The notes under the pieces: generated by a model
Database searches by the model: none
What the model was told of the DNA's origin: nothing
What the model saw: the letters and a program-made list of their open reading frames with translations, nothing else
In this document: positions 12,130 to 24,229 of the stretch, piece by piece
Layout of the letters: each line of letters begins with the position of its first letter
How positions within the stretch are numbered: position 1 is the stretch's first letter
Assembly (NCBI RefSeq): GCF_963921235.1
Contig: NC_086097.1
Span: 133,860,001 to 133,924,000 of the forward strand
Direction of reading: 5' to 3'
Origin: Mobula hypostoma
Taxonomy: Eukaryota
DNA: 64,000 nucleotides
Translations under genes and position numbers: made by a program

Positions 12130-12520
12130 GTTTGTAATTGTCAAATGTACCAAGGTGGAATAAAAAACTTTGTTTTGTATGCCATCTGTACAGATCATTT
12201 TGTTACACAATGCATTGAGGGAGTACAAGGAAAAACAATAACAAAATTGATAAAGAAGTGTTACAGTTACAAAGTGCAGTGCGGGCAGCGCAAGTCCATA
12301 ACGAGGTAGATTGTGAGGTCAAGAGTCCATCTGATCATACTAGGAAACCATTCAATAGTCCTGTAACGGCAGGATAGATGCTGTCCTTGAGCCTGTTGGT
12401 ATGTGATTTCAGGTTTTCATACCTTTTACGCAATGTGGTAGGGGGGAGGTGAGGAAGAGTCAAGAGAGAATGTCCAAGATGAGAGGGGCCTTTGATTATG
12501 TTAGCTCCTTTACTGAGGAA
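12130..12520 (-). mobile_element. Rex1-type LINE 3' end
   Basis: ORF 12335..12535 IIKGPSHLGHSLLT..LKSHTNRLKDS.YP matches the C-terminus of the other Rex1 copies. Confidence 0.7.
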
Positions 12521-14439
12521 GGGAAAAGGGCACATGCAGAAGTGAACACAGGATAAAAACTAAAAAAAGGACAAAGTAATAGTCATGGGGTGCAAAGAGT
12601 TAATGATAAAGGTATTCCGGTGACTGTTTCCCACAGTAGCAGGATGAAGGAGTCATGTGCTGATTAAGTTGACCCGGTATAAGAAGAGATCCCTCCAGCA
12701 GTCAGTGACACATTGAGTGATCACATGCTAAGCTATACAGTCACAGTGACAAAAGATACATCTTTTGCTTTGCCCATTCATGTTGTTCACTCCATCCACT
12801 GCAGACGACTCTGTCACAAGCCATCAGATGCACTGAAAATATCAGACAGCATCCGTGTTTCTGAGATTAAAAAAAAATCTCTGGTGTTGTTAAGTGTCCA
12901 GATAGCTTTGTCACATTGGTCAGGCATTGCACTATCTGGAAATTAACCACAAGTGTTAATCCTTAGCCATGTTACACACATGAATTAATGCCTATCTTAA
13001 AATATTGCATACTAAAATGGCATGGGAAAGTTCCCACCGTAGTTGTAAAAAGCCAGCTGTAAAATGTTTACTGCCCTTCCTCTTTGGGTGAAGAAATAGC
13101 TCTGTTATTGAGAAATTCATAAAATAAATTTATGTTGCAACTGTAGGGCACAACCACAGCTGCTGGTGGGCAATGAAGTTTGCCCTGTGGTAATGCAGAG
13201 AAGTGCTGCTTACACTCAGCTTCCTCCAGCAGCAACGTGGTGAGTGATAAATGGCCAGATAATCTTAGTCTAATCCTTGTCTAGTCATTGATAATTGAAG
13301 GGTTAACTTTGGCACGACATTTAGCCCTCAACCCCAGCAATGACCAAGCAGAGATTATCTTTGGGAATTCTCATGACCCTCTTCAATTCCATAGTCATCT
13401 TTTACACTCACTTGGGAGAGGAAAAGTGCATTTCTCCCTCTGCAGATGATTCCCTGCCAAGGGAGTTGAAACTAATCCTTTGACTCAGAGGGAAACTTGT
13501 TACCCTTTGAGCCACAGTTAACCAGGTATACACAAAGTCCAATGTAACTTGTATTAGATCGGCACATCCATCAGATTGTTTCTTAAGTAAAACTTGGAAC
13601 TCCAATATTAGATATTACTGAAACTCTAATTAGATTTTCTGTTTCAGAGGATCTTCCAGGTATTGCAGATTAGGGATCAAATTCATTCAAGTTTATTGTC
13701 ATGGGCATACATACCCAGGGTATAAATGTCATAAAAATTAGCTTTTTACAGCAGCAGCAAAACAAATTACAGACATGACAAACATAAATTACATAAACAA
13801 ATTAGCATAAATTATATGTAACTGTCAGAATAAACAAAAATAAACATAATGACATTAGTGCAAGTTAAGGGAAATAAACTGAAGCTTGAGATAGAAATTC
13901 TTCTAAGTAAGTATCGATGCTGCTGTGCCTTTTTCATGTTTCAGATGTGTACTGAGCCCAGGATAGCCCTCTGTGACGTTGACAGCCAGGAACACGAAGC
14001 TGCTCACCCTTCAATGAGGACCACAGCTTGCCCGGCTTCCATTTCAACTTTGTCAACATTGATGGACAACTAGGAGCAGGCTTGTCACTGATTAGATGAT
14101 TTCCATTCCCTTCCCTTGACCCTTGTTCAGAAAGAAGGTCACACCTTTAGGGTTATAGCTGAAAGAATTTTGGCAAACACACCCCTTGCTCTCCTCCTTC
14201 AGAGGCTGATAATAAGCTACCCCAGACCCTTGTCGGATCGCAGATCTGAGGTCAGCAGGGCACTGGCACATAGGAGATCAGACATGGTAAAATTGAATTT
14301 TCCTGAATGTTTTAGCTTGGTTTCAAACTTGCAGTGTTTGCAGTTGTTTTGTTTTTAGAGATTGCTGGAGGAGTAGCCAGAGAGCTCTGGAGCTCTGGAC
14401 CAATGATCGAGAGAAATGAGCGAAGTTCTGCCACTGCAC

Positions 14440-14720
14440 ACAACGGCGTAGTGGTTGGCGTATTGTCCTACGGTGCCAGCTGCAGATCGGGGTTTGATTC
14501 CTGCTGCTGACTGTGGGAAGTTTGTATGTTCTCCTCGTGATCACGTGGGCTTCCCCTGGTGCTCGGGTTTCTTCTCACATTCCAACGATGTACAGTTAGT
14601 ATTGGTGAATTGTGGGCATGTTATGATGGCACCAGAAGCATGGCACCACTTGTGGACCGGCCACCACAATCCTCACCATTTCATTATATGTTTTGATATT
14701 TGATATTTAATATTTTAAAT
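14440..14720 (+). mobile_element. tRNA-derived V-SINE-like element
   Basis: A box ggcgtagtgg, B box ggtttgattcc, then gaagtttgtatgttctcc..gtgggcttcccctggtgctcgggtttcttctcacattcc core. Confidence 0.75.
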
Positions 14721-14799
14721 AAATCTGATATTTAAAACAAGAAAAGAAACTGGTTTCAGTAACAGCAAGAATAAGATGGTTGAGCCCAGGGATTATTTT

Positions 14800-15450
14800 G
14801 GGACAGAGGCACCTCGAAGTACAAGTGTACAGTTTGTTAAAAGCATTAATGAAAAAGGCACTTGGCATGCCAGTTATCATCAGACAGGGCAGTGAGTATC
14901 AGAGTTGGGGCTTTACGTTACAGTTATACAAGACGCTGGTGAAACCATGCTTGAAGTATTGTGTATAGTTTTGGTCACTCCGTTATTTATGGAAGGCAAT
15001 AAAATGGAAAGACTTAGAATAATGCTGCTGGGACTGGAGAGCCCAATTTATAGAAAGAGGCTGGGCAGGCTAGGACCTGGAGTGTAGGAGATTGAGGAGC
15101 ATAAAGTTATAAGGAGCAGAAATAGGGAAAAGCACATTGCCCATTTCCCAGGGAAGGGGAACTAAAAACAAGAGGGCATAGGTTTAAGTTGGCAGGTGAA
15201 AGATTTAGAAGGGACCTGAGGGGCAATTTATAACCACAAAGGGTGGTGTGTATATGGGACAAGCTGCCAGAGGAGACGGATGAGGCAGGTGCAATAACAA
15301 CATTCAAAAAACACTTAGATACAGTAAAGGGATAGGAGGGGTTTAGAGGGTTATGGGCCAAATGCAGGCAGATAGGCCTAGCTTGGTGGGTACAAGGCTG
15401 TTCATGGATGAGTTGGACTGAAGGGCCAGGTTCCATGTTATATCATTGTG
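14800..15450 (+). mobile_element. Degenerate CR1 3' end
   Basis: LQLYKTLVKPCLKYCV motif and CR1 3' UTR (ttatgggccaaatgcagg ... gaagggcc). Confidence 0.75.
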
Positions 15451-16609
15451 TCTTCCAACAGAAACTGGAGCAGGACTGAGGAACACAGATGAGGCCTTTG
15501 GATCTGGGTTTGGGGTTGGTGATATGAAACTTAAATCCCAGATCAAAAGGAAAGCCGCAGTTGCACTTGTTTGTAGCAGAGAGATTTTACTTTTCTGAGG
15601 AGAAGTCTTTGCCACCAGCACCACTGCAGTAAGGGAAGGGTGAGCTGGTCAGTCACTGTTCATCATGCCTCAGTGTACTGTCAGTGGTTGGACTCTCTGA
15701 GAACCACAAGAGCTGCACCAGCTCTCTTGTAGCCCAGAGGGACTGAGAGAGAGTGAAGAGTATCCCCAGCATCAACAGTTATATTAAGATTACAAGTAAA
15801 AGTATTTCACCATAGACTAAGGAATTCTGGTCTTTTATTTGTAACTAAAAATTCCTCCTTAGGAATTCTGTAGTGCTAGAAATAATTCAATTACTAGCCC
15901 ATTGTAAACAAGAGTAAGCCAGGGGGAATACCGGTTCTACAATGCCTTCCCTCATTCTACTCTCTGAAAACTTGTAAACTCAATTAGCACTGCTTGTCTC
16001 TCATCCATCACCCTTGTGCCTGCTTGCTGAGTTGGCTCCCTGTTAAACCGCATCATAATTTTCAGCCTTATTTTCAAATGGTTCTGTGATCTCAATCCCC
16101 TCTGCCTCGGTAAGCTCGATATCCCTCAGAGACGGCTGCACCCTCAATTCTGGCTTCTTGATCACCCCTGAATTTAATCACTCCACCATTGGTTGTTGTG
16201 CCTTCTGCACCAGAATTTCCCTTTTAAATCCATCCTGCTTACTCTTTCCACTCTGTCTCTTACCTCTCTTCTCCTGATCTGCTCTGTCATTCATACACTC
16301 ACTCTAGCCTTCCCCATCACTCTGTTTCTTTCCCTTCCTCCACCCAGCCCACCTACATTCTCCTTCTATTGGTTCCCCTCATCCCACCATTCCCACCTGC
16401 CCTCTGCACTTCCCTCACCTGATTCCATGCTCCACCATTGTCTTCTATAATATTCCAGCTCCTGCAGCCCTTTGTTGTTGTCACCTATCACTCCCCAGCT
16501 TCTGTTGTTATTTCCATTCTCCCATCTTCCATCTGCCTACCACCACTCCTCAAATGAATCCACCTGTTGCTTGCCAGCGCTTGCTCATCTTCCCTTCATC
16601 TCATAAAAA

Positions 16610-16930
16610 TTAAAGATTAGCCTTGTTTGTCACATGTACATCCAAACCCTGAAGCCTACAGTGAAATGCATCATTTGTGCCAGCAACCAACACAGTCTGA
16701 TCCTGTACAGGGTGCAGCCCACAAGTGCTGCCAAGCTCCTGGTGCCAACATAGCATATCCACAACTTAACTGTATGTCTTTCAAATGTGGGAGGGAACCA
16801 AAGCACCCGGAGGAAACCCATGAGAAGAACATGCAAACTTCTTACAGACAGTGACAGGAAATCAAACCACAATTGCTGATCACTGGCACTATACAGTGTA
16901 TGCTAACTGCTACACTTTTGTACCACACAT
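16610..16930 (-). mobile_element. V-SINE-like element inside a decayed Penelope terminal repeat
   Basis: tgtgggagggaaccaaagcacccggaggaaacccatg..gaacatgcaaact is the reverse complement of the SINE core at 14440. Confidence 0.65.
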
Positions 16931-17029
16931 CTCTTTATACTGGCTATCTCCCTCTATCTTTCAAAAGGATCTCGATCCAAAATGTCAACTGCCCATTTCC
17001 CTCCACAGATGCTGCAGAGTTCCAACATT

Positions 17030-17905
17030 TTAGACTAGATTAGATTCAACTTTATTGTCATTGTGCCAAGTACAGATACAAAGCCAATGAAATGCAGTTA
17101 GCATCTGACCAGAAATGCAAAGAATAGTATTATTTACAAAATAACTGCGAATAAAAAGTAAGTGCTACAGCACACAAATATAAAAGTACTGAGACAGTAC
17201 AATATGATGCAATACTGCTTAGCGCTGTGATGTGAGGTTCAGCAGGGTCACAGCCTCAGGGAAGAAGCTCTTCATGTGCCTGCTGGTGCGGGAGCAGAGG
17301 CTCTTGTAGCGCCTACCGGATGGGAGGAGAGTAAAAAGTCTATGGTTAGGGTGAGATGCATCCTTGATAATGCTTTTCGCCTTGCCCAGGCAGCGTTTAT
17401 GGTATATGTTCTCAATGGTGGGCAATTGGGTGCCGATAATCCGCTGGGTAGTTTTCACTTCACGCTGGCATGCTTTGCGGTCCGATACAGGACAACTGCC
17501 ATACCACACTGAGATGCAGTTGGTGAGTATGCTCTCAATGGTACAGTGGTAAAAGTCCGTCAGTATCCTGGGACAGAGGTGAGCTTTCTTGATGCTCCGC
17601 AGGAAATAAAGCCGCTATTGCGCCTTTTTGATCAGGATGGAAAAGTTCAGGGACCAGGTGAGATCCTCAGAAATGTGGCCACCAAGGAATTTGAAGCTTG
17701 ATATACGCTCCACTACAGCTCTGTTGATGTAGATGGGGACGTGAGTGTGGCTCCTAGCATGCCTGAAGTCCACAATGATCTCCTTGGTCTTCTGGTGTTA
17801 AGGGCCAGGTTGTTGTCGGCACACCACGCAGCCAGGTGCTGGACCTCATCCCTGTAGGCTGACTCGTCATCCCCTCTGATCAGGCCAACCACCGTGGTGT
17901 CGCCT
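17030..17905 (-). mobile_element. Rex1-type LINE 3' fragment (younger) with a short (TAGAT)n-type tail
   Basis: WYGSC..SDRK, IIKDASHPNHRLFTLLPSGRRYKS..SFFP; tail tagactagattagattc at 17030-17047. Confidence 0.88.
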
Positions 17906-17999
17906 TGTTTACTTGTTTCATCTTAAAGCCTACCCAATTTCCCACATGTTCACTTACCTGCCCGAAAATGTAACCCAGCGGCAAATCCTGATGGATAGT

Positions 18000-18485
18000 G
18001 CACCTGAGAAACAGATTGGCAACTGCTCTGCCCAAGACCACAAGAAACTGCAGAGAACTGTGAACACAGCCTAGTCTATTGTACAAACCAGACTTCCCTT
18101 CTGCACTTCCCACCACCTGGAGAAAGCAACCAATATAATCAAGGACTCCTCTCAAACCAGTCATCCTCTCTTCTCCCCTTTCCTGCTGGGCAGGAGGAAA
18201 ATAAGATCAAGAGCACATACCACTAGGCTCAGCAACAGCTTCTAACCCAATGTTATAGGACTCTTGAATGGAAATCTTGTACGAAAAAGATAAATTCTTA
18301 ACTTCACAACCTACCTTGTTTTTGGCCCTTGAGCTTTATTTGTCCACCTGCACTGCACTTTCTCTGTAACTGTAACACTATATTCTGCATTCTATTTCAT
18401 ACTCCCTTGATTATATCTGGAAATCAAGATGGAATGCAAACAAAAGCTATTCGCTTTTCATGTGACAATAACAGAACTATTACTG
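18000..18485 (+). mobile_element. Degenerate Rex1-type 3' fragment
   Basis: ggcaactgctctgcccaagaccacaagaaactgcagagaactgtgaacacagcc matches 35970-36030. Confidence 0.65.
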
Positions 18486-19319
18486 ATATTTTCTTACATT
18501 ATAGATGCTATACAAATGCAAGTTATTGTTGTTGATGTGCAGCAATAATGCATTGGTTCAGTTTAAAATGAAGCAACATCCAACATTAAGGTTATAGTGG
18601 ATAAAAACAATGCAGGAAATTGTACCCATAACCTTTTCAAGGACCAACAACTAGCATTCTATTTCATTAATATTTTTATATAATATCACACGTCCAAAGG
18701 AAAGAATAAAATAATCAATTTCCATCTGTTCTCTTTCCCTAAGCACCCAGTGAACATTCAAGGGCAGATTCTGTCTCACACATGATTGGCAGTGAATCAA
18801 CTTTAGCACTGAACCAATCGTAGTACAAGGAGCAAGGTCAGCACAGTGGGGTATCATTTCCAAATGAAAGTCATGGCTGATCTCCATTCTCTACCCAACT
18901 CTCTCTCTCCTAACCATTTAATTCCTTCTCCTCCTCCAAACACAGAAAGAGGGAAGATGCATAAGATGAATTAGGATTTATCGTTTAAATAGATTAAAAT
19001 CATTTCGTGGACCTCATGTAACATGGGGTACTGTACAGGAAACAATTGTTTTTCTCTCATGTTCAACAACAGCTCATTGTGTTTGAAGGTGGAATTAGCC
19101 CAAGTGATAGGAAAATCAACACTCATGTGTGTTATGGGATTAATGCAGATAGGTAGGATGAAACATGTTGGGTTGAAGGCTATCTCTCTGAGCGGTCCAA
19201 CTCTGTGACTCTATGACTGTATGACAAAATCCTGATTGTTAACAAAGAACATACGCCCAATAATTTCACCCTCCACACAAATCTAACACGTGCAGTTAAA
19301 ATCTTACATTTATATGCCA

Positions 19320-19705
19320 TAAGACCACAAGACATAGGCATAGGAGGAATATTAGGCCAGTCAGCCTATTAAGTCTGCTTCACCATTCAGTCAGGAGTGA
19401 TTTATGTTCCCTCTCAACCATGTTCTCCTGTTTTCTCCTTGTAACCTTTGAAGCCCTGACTAATCAAGAACCTATCATCCTCCGCTTTAAAAGTACCCAA
19501 CGACTTGGTTTCCACAGCTAAATGTGGCGATGAATTCCACAGATTCACCACCTTATGGCTAAAGAAATTTCTCCTTATTCCCCCTCTATTCTGAGACTGT
19601 GCCCTCTGGTCCTAGACACTCCCACGACTGGAAGTATCCTCTCCATGACCATTCTATCTGAGCCTTTCAATATTCCATAGGTTTCAGTGAGATTCCCCTC
19701 ACATA
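19320..19705 (-). mobile_element. CR1 3' end fragment
   Basis: cataagaccacaagacatagg tail and gaattccacagattcaccacc..ctaaagaaattt, typical of CR1 3' ends. Confidence 0.75.
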
Positions 19706-19744
19706 CCTCCTTTCATATCTGCATCAATAGGTTACTTTTTGTAT

Positions 19745-20045
19745 TCTGGTTGCTGTTGTAATGAGAGAATTCTGGCAGCCAAATGGCGTACAGTAAGGTC
19801 CCGCATTGAACAACGTATCAGCGACCAGACAAAACTATCTATTGGCTAGACGGAGGTGAGGGTAGGGGTTAAATATTGCCCAGTACACCAAGGAAACTAT
19901 ACAAAATAGTGTTGTGAGACTTCTTCTGGCCTGCTGAGAGAGCAGATGAAGGCCTGATTTAACATATCATGCGATGACAGAACCTCTGGCAGATAGGTAC
20001 TCCTCTGGTTCTTCACTGAATTGTCAGTATGGACAATTCACTCCA
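19745..20045 (-). mobile_element. Ancient Deu-domain SINE relic
   Basis: aaatattgcccagtacaccaagg..ctgagagagcagatgaaggcctgatttaacatatcat..gtactcctctggt resembles the Deu domain as recalled from memory; not aligned. Confidence 0.55.
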
Positions 20046-20069
20046 CTCATAGTGTGATAGACTGCAGGA

Positions 20070-20620
20070 ACAGGCTCTTCAGCTCATAATGTCCCTGCCA
20101 GCTTTTTTGCCTTTCCATACCAAATCCAATTTGTCAACATTATGCGCATAATCCCTTCCTTGCCTATGTAAATTCCTGTCGAAGTGGCACTTAAACATCA
20201 TGATTGTATCTGATTCCATCATCTCATCCGTTAACACTTTCCAAATATCAACCACTCTCAGGATTAAAAGAAAGTGAACCCTCAAGTTTCCTTTAAAACT
20301 CCTTTCTTTCCCTCAGACTCTCTTCAGAACTCCTTTCTTTCACCTTAAACATATGCATATAATAATGTGTTCTTGATATGGCTATGTGAAAAAGATTTTG
20401 AGTACCTACCCTATCTATGCCTCTCATAATCTTCTGTGCTTCTACATGCTCGCCCCTCGGTCTCCTTTGTTCCAGGGAAATCAAGTACAATCTTTCTCCA
20501 TAACTGAAGTCCTCCAATCCAGGCAACATCCTGGTGAATGCTTTCTGCACTCTCTTCAGTGCAACCATATCTCTACTATAATGCAATGACTAGAATTGTC
20601 CAAAACAGTCAGGCCTCAAT
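20070..20620 (-). mobile_element. Degenerate CR1 3' end
   Basis: ORF 20293..20586 LKRVQKAFTRMLPGLEDFSYGERL..SLEQRR.RG..IMRGIDRV. Confidence 0.85.
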
Positions 20621-20882
20621 TGTGTACCATAGATTAATCCACTTCAGGCAGATATCGGAGAAAACCTAAAAGTTTGAAGATGCTGCGCATGGGGTGCCTG
20701 CCCTATTACAAACAGCATTCTAGGACTGGTGTGCAAATGAATTCTGACCTGCTATGCACTGTCCATTTAACAGGTCTTACTGAGCCTGGAAGAATTTCTA
20801 GGCCTACTGTATGTGTCATCAAGTTAGTGTCATCTATTTCAGTCTGGTGGTCCATTGCAAGTTCAAAGATAGTGGGGAATAC

Positions 20883-23802
20883 CATAGAACCATAGAACCA
20901 TAGAAACTACAGCACAGAAACAGGCCCTTTGGCCCTTCTTGGCTGTGCCGAACCATTTTCTGCCTAGTCCCACTGACCTGCACATGGACCATATCCCTCC
21001 ATACACCTCCCATCCATGTATCTGTCCAATTTATTCTTAAATGTTAAAAAAAGAACCCGCATTTACCACCTTGCCTGGCAGCTCATTCCATACTCCCACC
21101 ACTCTCTGTGTGAAGAAGCTAATGTTCCCTTTAAACTTTTCCCCCCTCATCCTTAACCCATGTCCTCTGGTTTTTTTCTCCCCTTGCCTCAGTGGAAAAA
21201 GCCTGCTTGCATTCACTCTATTTATACCCATCATAATTTTATATACCTCTATCAAATCTCCCCTCATTCTTCTACGCTCCAGGGAATAAAGTCCTAACCT
21301 ATTCAACCTTTCTCTGTAACTGAGTTTCTCAAGTCCCGGCAACATCCTTGTAAACCTTCTCTGCACTCTTTCAACCTTATTTATATCCTTCCTGTAATTT
21401 GGTGACCAAAACTGAACACAATACTCCAGATTCGGCCTCACCAATGCCTTATACAACCTCACCATAACATTCCAGCTCTTATACTCAATACTTTGATTAA
21501 TAAAGGCCAATGTACCAAAAGCTCTCTTTACGACCCTATCTACCTGTGATGCCACTTTTAGGGAATTTTGTATTTGTATTCCCAGATCCCTCTGTTCCAC
21601 TGCACTCCTCAGTGCCTTACCATTAACCCTGTATGTTCTACCTTGGTTTGTCCTTCCAACGTGCAATACCTCACACTTGTCAGTATTAAACTCCATCTGC
21701 CATTTTTCAGCCCATTTTTCCAGCTGGTCCAAGTCCCTCTGCAGGCTCTGAAAACCTTCCTCACTGTCTACTACACCTCCAATCTTTGTATCATCAGCAA
21801 ACTTGCTGATCCAATTTACCACATTATCATCCAGATCATTGATATAGATGACAAATAACAATGGACCCAGCACTGATCCCTGTGGCACACCACTAGTCAC
21901 AGGCCTCCACTCAGAGAAGCAATTCTCTACCACCACTCTCTGGCTTCTTCCATCGAGCCAATGTCTAATCCAATTTACCACCTCTCCATGTATACCTAGC
22001 GACTGAATTTTCCTAACTAACCTCCCATGCGGGACCTTGTCAAAGGCCTTACTGAAGTCCATGTAGACAATATCCACTGCCTTCCCTTCATCCACTTTCC
22101 TGGTAACCTCCTCGAAAAACTCCAACAGATTGGTCAAACATGACCTACCACGCACAAAGCCATGTTGACTCTCCCTAATAAGTCCCTGTCTATCCAAATG
22201 CTCGTAGATTCTGTCTCTTAGTACTCCCTCCAATAACTTACCTACTACTGACGTTAAACTCAGCGGCCTATAATTTCCCGGATTACTTTTCGATCCTTTT
22301 TTAAACAACGGAACAACATGAGCCACTCTCCAATCCTCCGGCACTTCACCCGTAGACAGCGACATTTTAAATATTTCTGCCAGGGCCCCCGCAATTTCAA
22401 CACTAGTCTCCTTCAAGGTCCGAGGGAACACCCTGTCAGGCCCCGGGGATTTATCCACTTTAATTTTCCTCAAGACAGCAAGCACCTCCTCATTTTCAAT
22501 CTGTACAGTTTCCATGGTCTCACTACTTGATTCCCTCAATTCCATAGATTTCATGCCAGCTTCCTCAGTAAATACAGATGCAAAAAACCTATTTAAGATC
22601 TCCCCCATTTCCTTTGGTTCTGCACAAAGCCAACCACTCTGATCTTCAAGAGGACCAATTTTATCCCTTACAATCCTTTTGCTCTTAATATACTTGTAAA
22701 AGCTCTTTGGATTATCCTTCACTTTGACGGCCAAGGCAACCTCATGTCTTCTTTTAGCCCTCCTGATTTCTTTCTTAAGTATTTTCTTGCACTTCTTATA
22801 CTCCTCAAGCACCTGATTTACCCCCTGTTTCCTATACATTTCATACAACTCCCTCTTCTTCTTTATCAGAGTTGCAATATCGCTTGAGAACCAAGGTTCC
22901 TTATTCCTATTCAATTTGCCTTCAATCCTGACAGGAACATACAAACTCTGCACTCTCAAAATTTCCCCTTTGAAGGCTTCCCACCTACTAATCACATCTT
23001 TGCCAGAGAACAATCTGTCCCAATCTACGCTTTTTAGATCCTTTCTCATTTCTTCAAATTTGGCCTTCTTCCAGTTCAGAATCTCAACCTTAGGACCAGA
23101 TCTATCCTTGTCCATGATCAAATTGAAACTAATGGCGTTATGATCACTGGAACCAAAGTGCTCCCCTACACAGACATCCGACACTTGCCCTAATTCGTTT
23201 CCTAACAGGAGATCCAATATTGCATCCCCTCTAGTTGGTCCCTCTATATACTGATTTAGAAAACTTTCCTGAACACATTTTACAAACTCTAAACTATCTA
23301 GACCCCTAACAGTATGGGAGTCCCAATCAATGTATGGAAAATTAAAATCCCCTACCACCACAACTTTATGTTTCCTGCAGTTGTCTGCTATCTCTCCGCA
23401 GATTTGCTCTTCGAAGTCTCGTTGACTATTGGGTGGTCTGTAATACAATCCCACTAATGTGGCCATACCTTTCCTGTTTCTCAGCTCCACCCATAAGGAC
23501 TCAGTAGACAAGCCCTCTAATCTGTCCTGCCTGAGCACTGCTGTAATATTTTCCCTAACAAGCAATGCTACTCCACCACCTTTCATTCCTCTGCCTCGAT
23601 CACATCTGAAACATCGGAACCCTGGAATATTAAGCTGCCAGTCCTGCCCCTCCTGTAGCCAAGTTTCACTAATTGCTACAACATCATAATTCCACGTGTC
23701 AATCCACGCCCTCAAGTCATCCGCCTTCCCCGCAATACTCCTAGCATTGAAATATATACACCTCAGAAGATTTTTACCACCACTCACAACCTTTCTATCA
23801 GC
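20883..23802 (-). mobile_element. Young CR1 LINE, 5'-truncated, with (TTCTATGG)n tail and 7-bp TSD
   Basis: Tail ccatagaaccatagaaccatagaa at 20882-20905; ggaatac at 20876-20882 and 23803-23809. Confidence 0.96.
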
Positions 23803-23811
23803 GGAATACAT
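21037..23811 (-). CDS. CR1 ORF2p: APE endonuclease + reverse transcriptase, 924 aa, open except at the extreme C-terminus
   Basis: FNARSI, ISETW, GGGVAL, YYRPP, GDFN, SDHN; NYRPLSLTS, QHGF, DFSKAFD, GVPQGSVLGP, KFADDTK. Confidence 0.93.
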   Translation of the reverse strand: MYSADRKVVSGGKNLLRCIYFNARSIAGKADDLRAWIDTWNYDVVAISETWLQEGQDWQLNIPGFRCFRCDRGRGMKGGGVALLVRENITAVLRQDRLEGLSTESLWVELRNRKGMATLVGLYYRPPNSQRDFEEQICGEIADNCRKHKVVVVGDFNFPYIDWDSHTVRGLDSLEFVKCVQESFLNQYIEGPTRGDAILDLLLGNELGQVSDVCVGEHFGSSDHNAISFNLIMDKDRSGPKVEILNWKKAKFEEMRKDLKSVDWDRLFSGKDVISRWEAFKGEILRVQSLYVPVRIEGKLNRNKEPWFSSDIATLIKKKRELYEMYRKQGVNQVLEEYKKCKKILKKEIRRAKRRHEVALAVKVKDNPKSFYKYIKSKRIVRDKIGPLEDQSGWLCAEPKEMGEILNRFFASVFTEEAGMKSMELRESSSETMETVQIENEEVLAVLRKIKVDKSPGPDRVFPRTLKETSVEIAGALAEIFKMSLSTGEVPEDWRVAHVVPLFKKGSKSNPGNYRPLSLTSVVGKLLEGVLRDRIYEHLDRQGLIRESQHGFVRGRSCLTNLLEFFEEVTRKVDEGKAVDIVYMDFSKAFDKVPHGRLVRKIQSLGIHGEVVNWIRHWLDGRSQRVVVENCFSEWRPVTSGVPQGSVLGPLLFVIYINDLDDNVVNWISKFADDTKIGGVVDSEEGFQSLQRDLDQLEKWAEKWQMEFNTDKCEVLHVGRTNQGRTYRVNGKALRSAVEQRDLGIQIQNSLKVASQVDRVVKRAFGTLAFINQSIEYKSWNVMVRLYKALVRPNLEYCVQFWSPNYRKDINKVERVQRRFTRMLPGLEKLSYRERLNRLGLYSLERRRMRGDLIEVYKIMMGINRVNASRLFPLRQGEKKTRGHGLRMRGEKFKGNISFFTQRVVGVWNELPGKVVNAGSFFNI

Positions 23812-23822
23812 GGAATGAATAT

Positions 23823-23968
23823 AAACAAGAGAAAATCTGTGGATGCTGAGAATTCAAGCAACACACACAAAATGCAGGAGGAAATCAGTAGGTCAGGCAG
23901 CATCTATGATAAAGAGTACAGGTGACGTTTCGGGCAGGACCTCAACATTTTGTGTGTGAGTTGCTTGG
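23823..23968. mobile_element. Short foldback Penelope terminal-repeat relic
   Basis: aaacaagagaaaatctgtggatgctg..acacacacaaaatg ... cattttgtgtgtg. Confidence 0.65.
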
Positions 23969-24229
23969 AACAGTTCATGGAATATTTCATTTCGTATATC
24001 GTATAAACGACTTGGTTAAAGACATAAAGAGTTGTGATCTATGCTTTAGAGACTTTTGTTGCTTATTAAGATTGTTACAAAGTGTCTGGAGAAGGGCATA
24101 AGCTTAGGGAGGGAATTCAGGATCTCGGGGACCATGCACTGTGTTCATTACTGGTGGAACATTGGAAGGCAGGAACGTACAGACAGACAGAAAGGTAGGA
24201 GCACTGGGGTCACAGAGGTGTTGTAAGGT

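Noticed and set aside
14444..14520. tRNA gene
   Set aside because: A and B boxes are present but there is no cloverleaf, and it continues into a SINE body.
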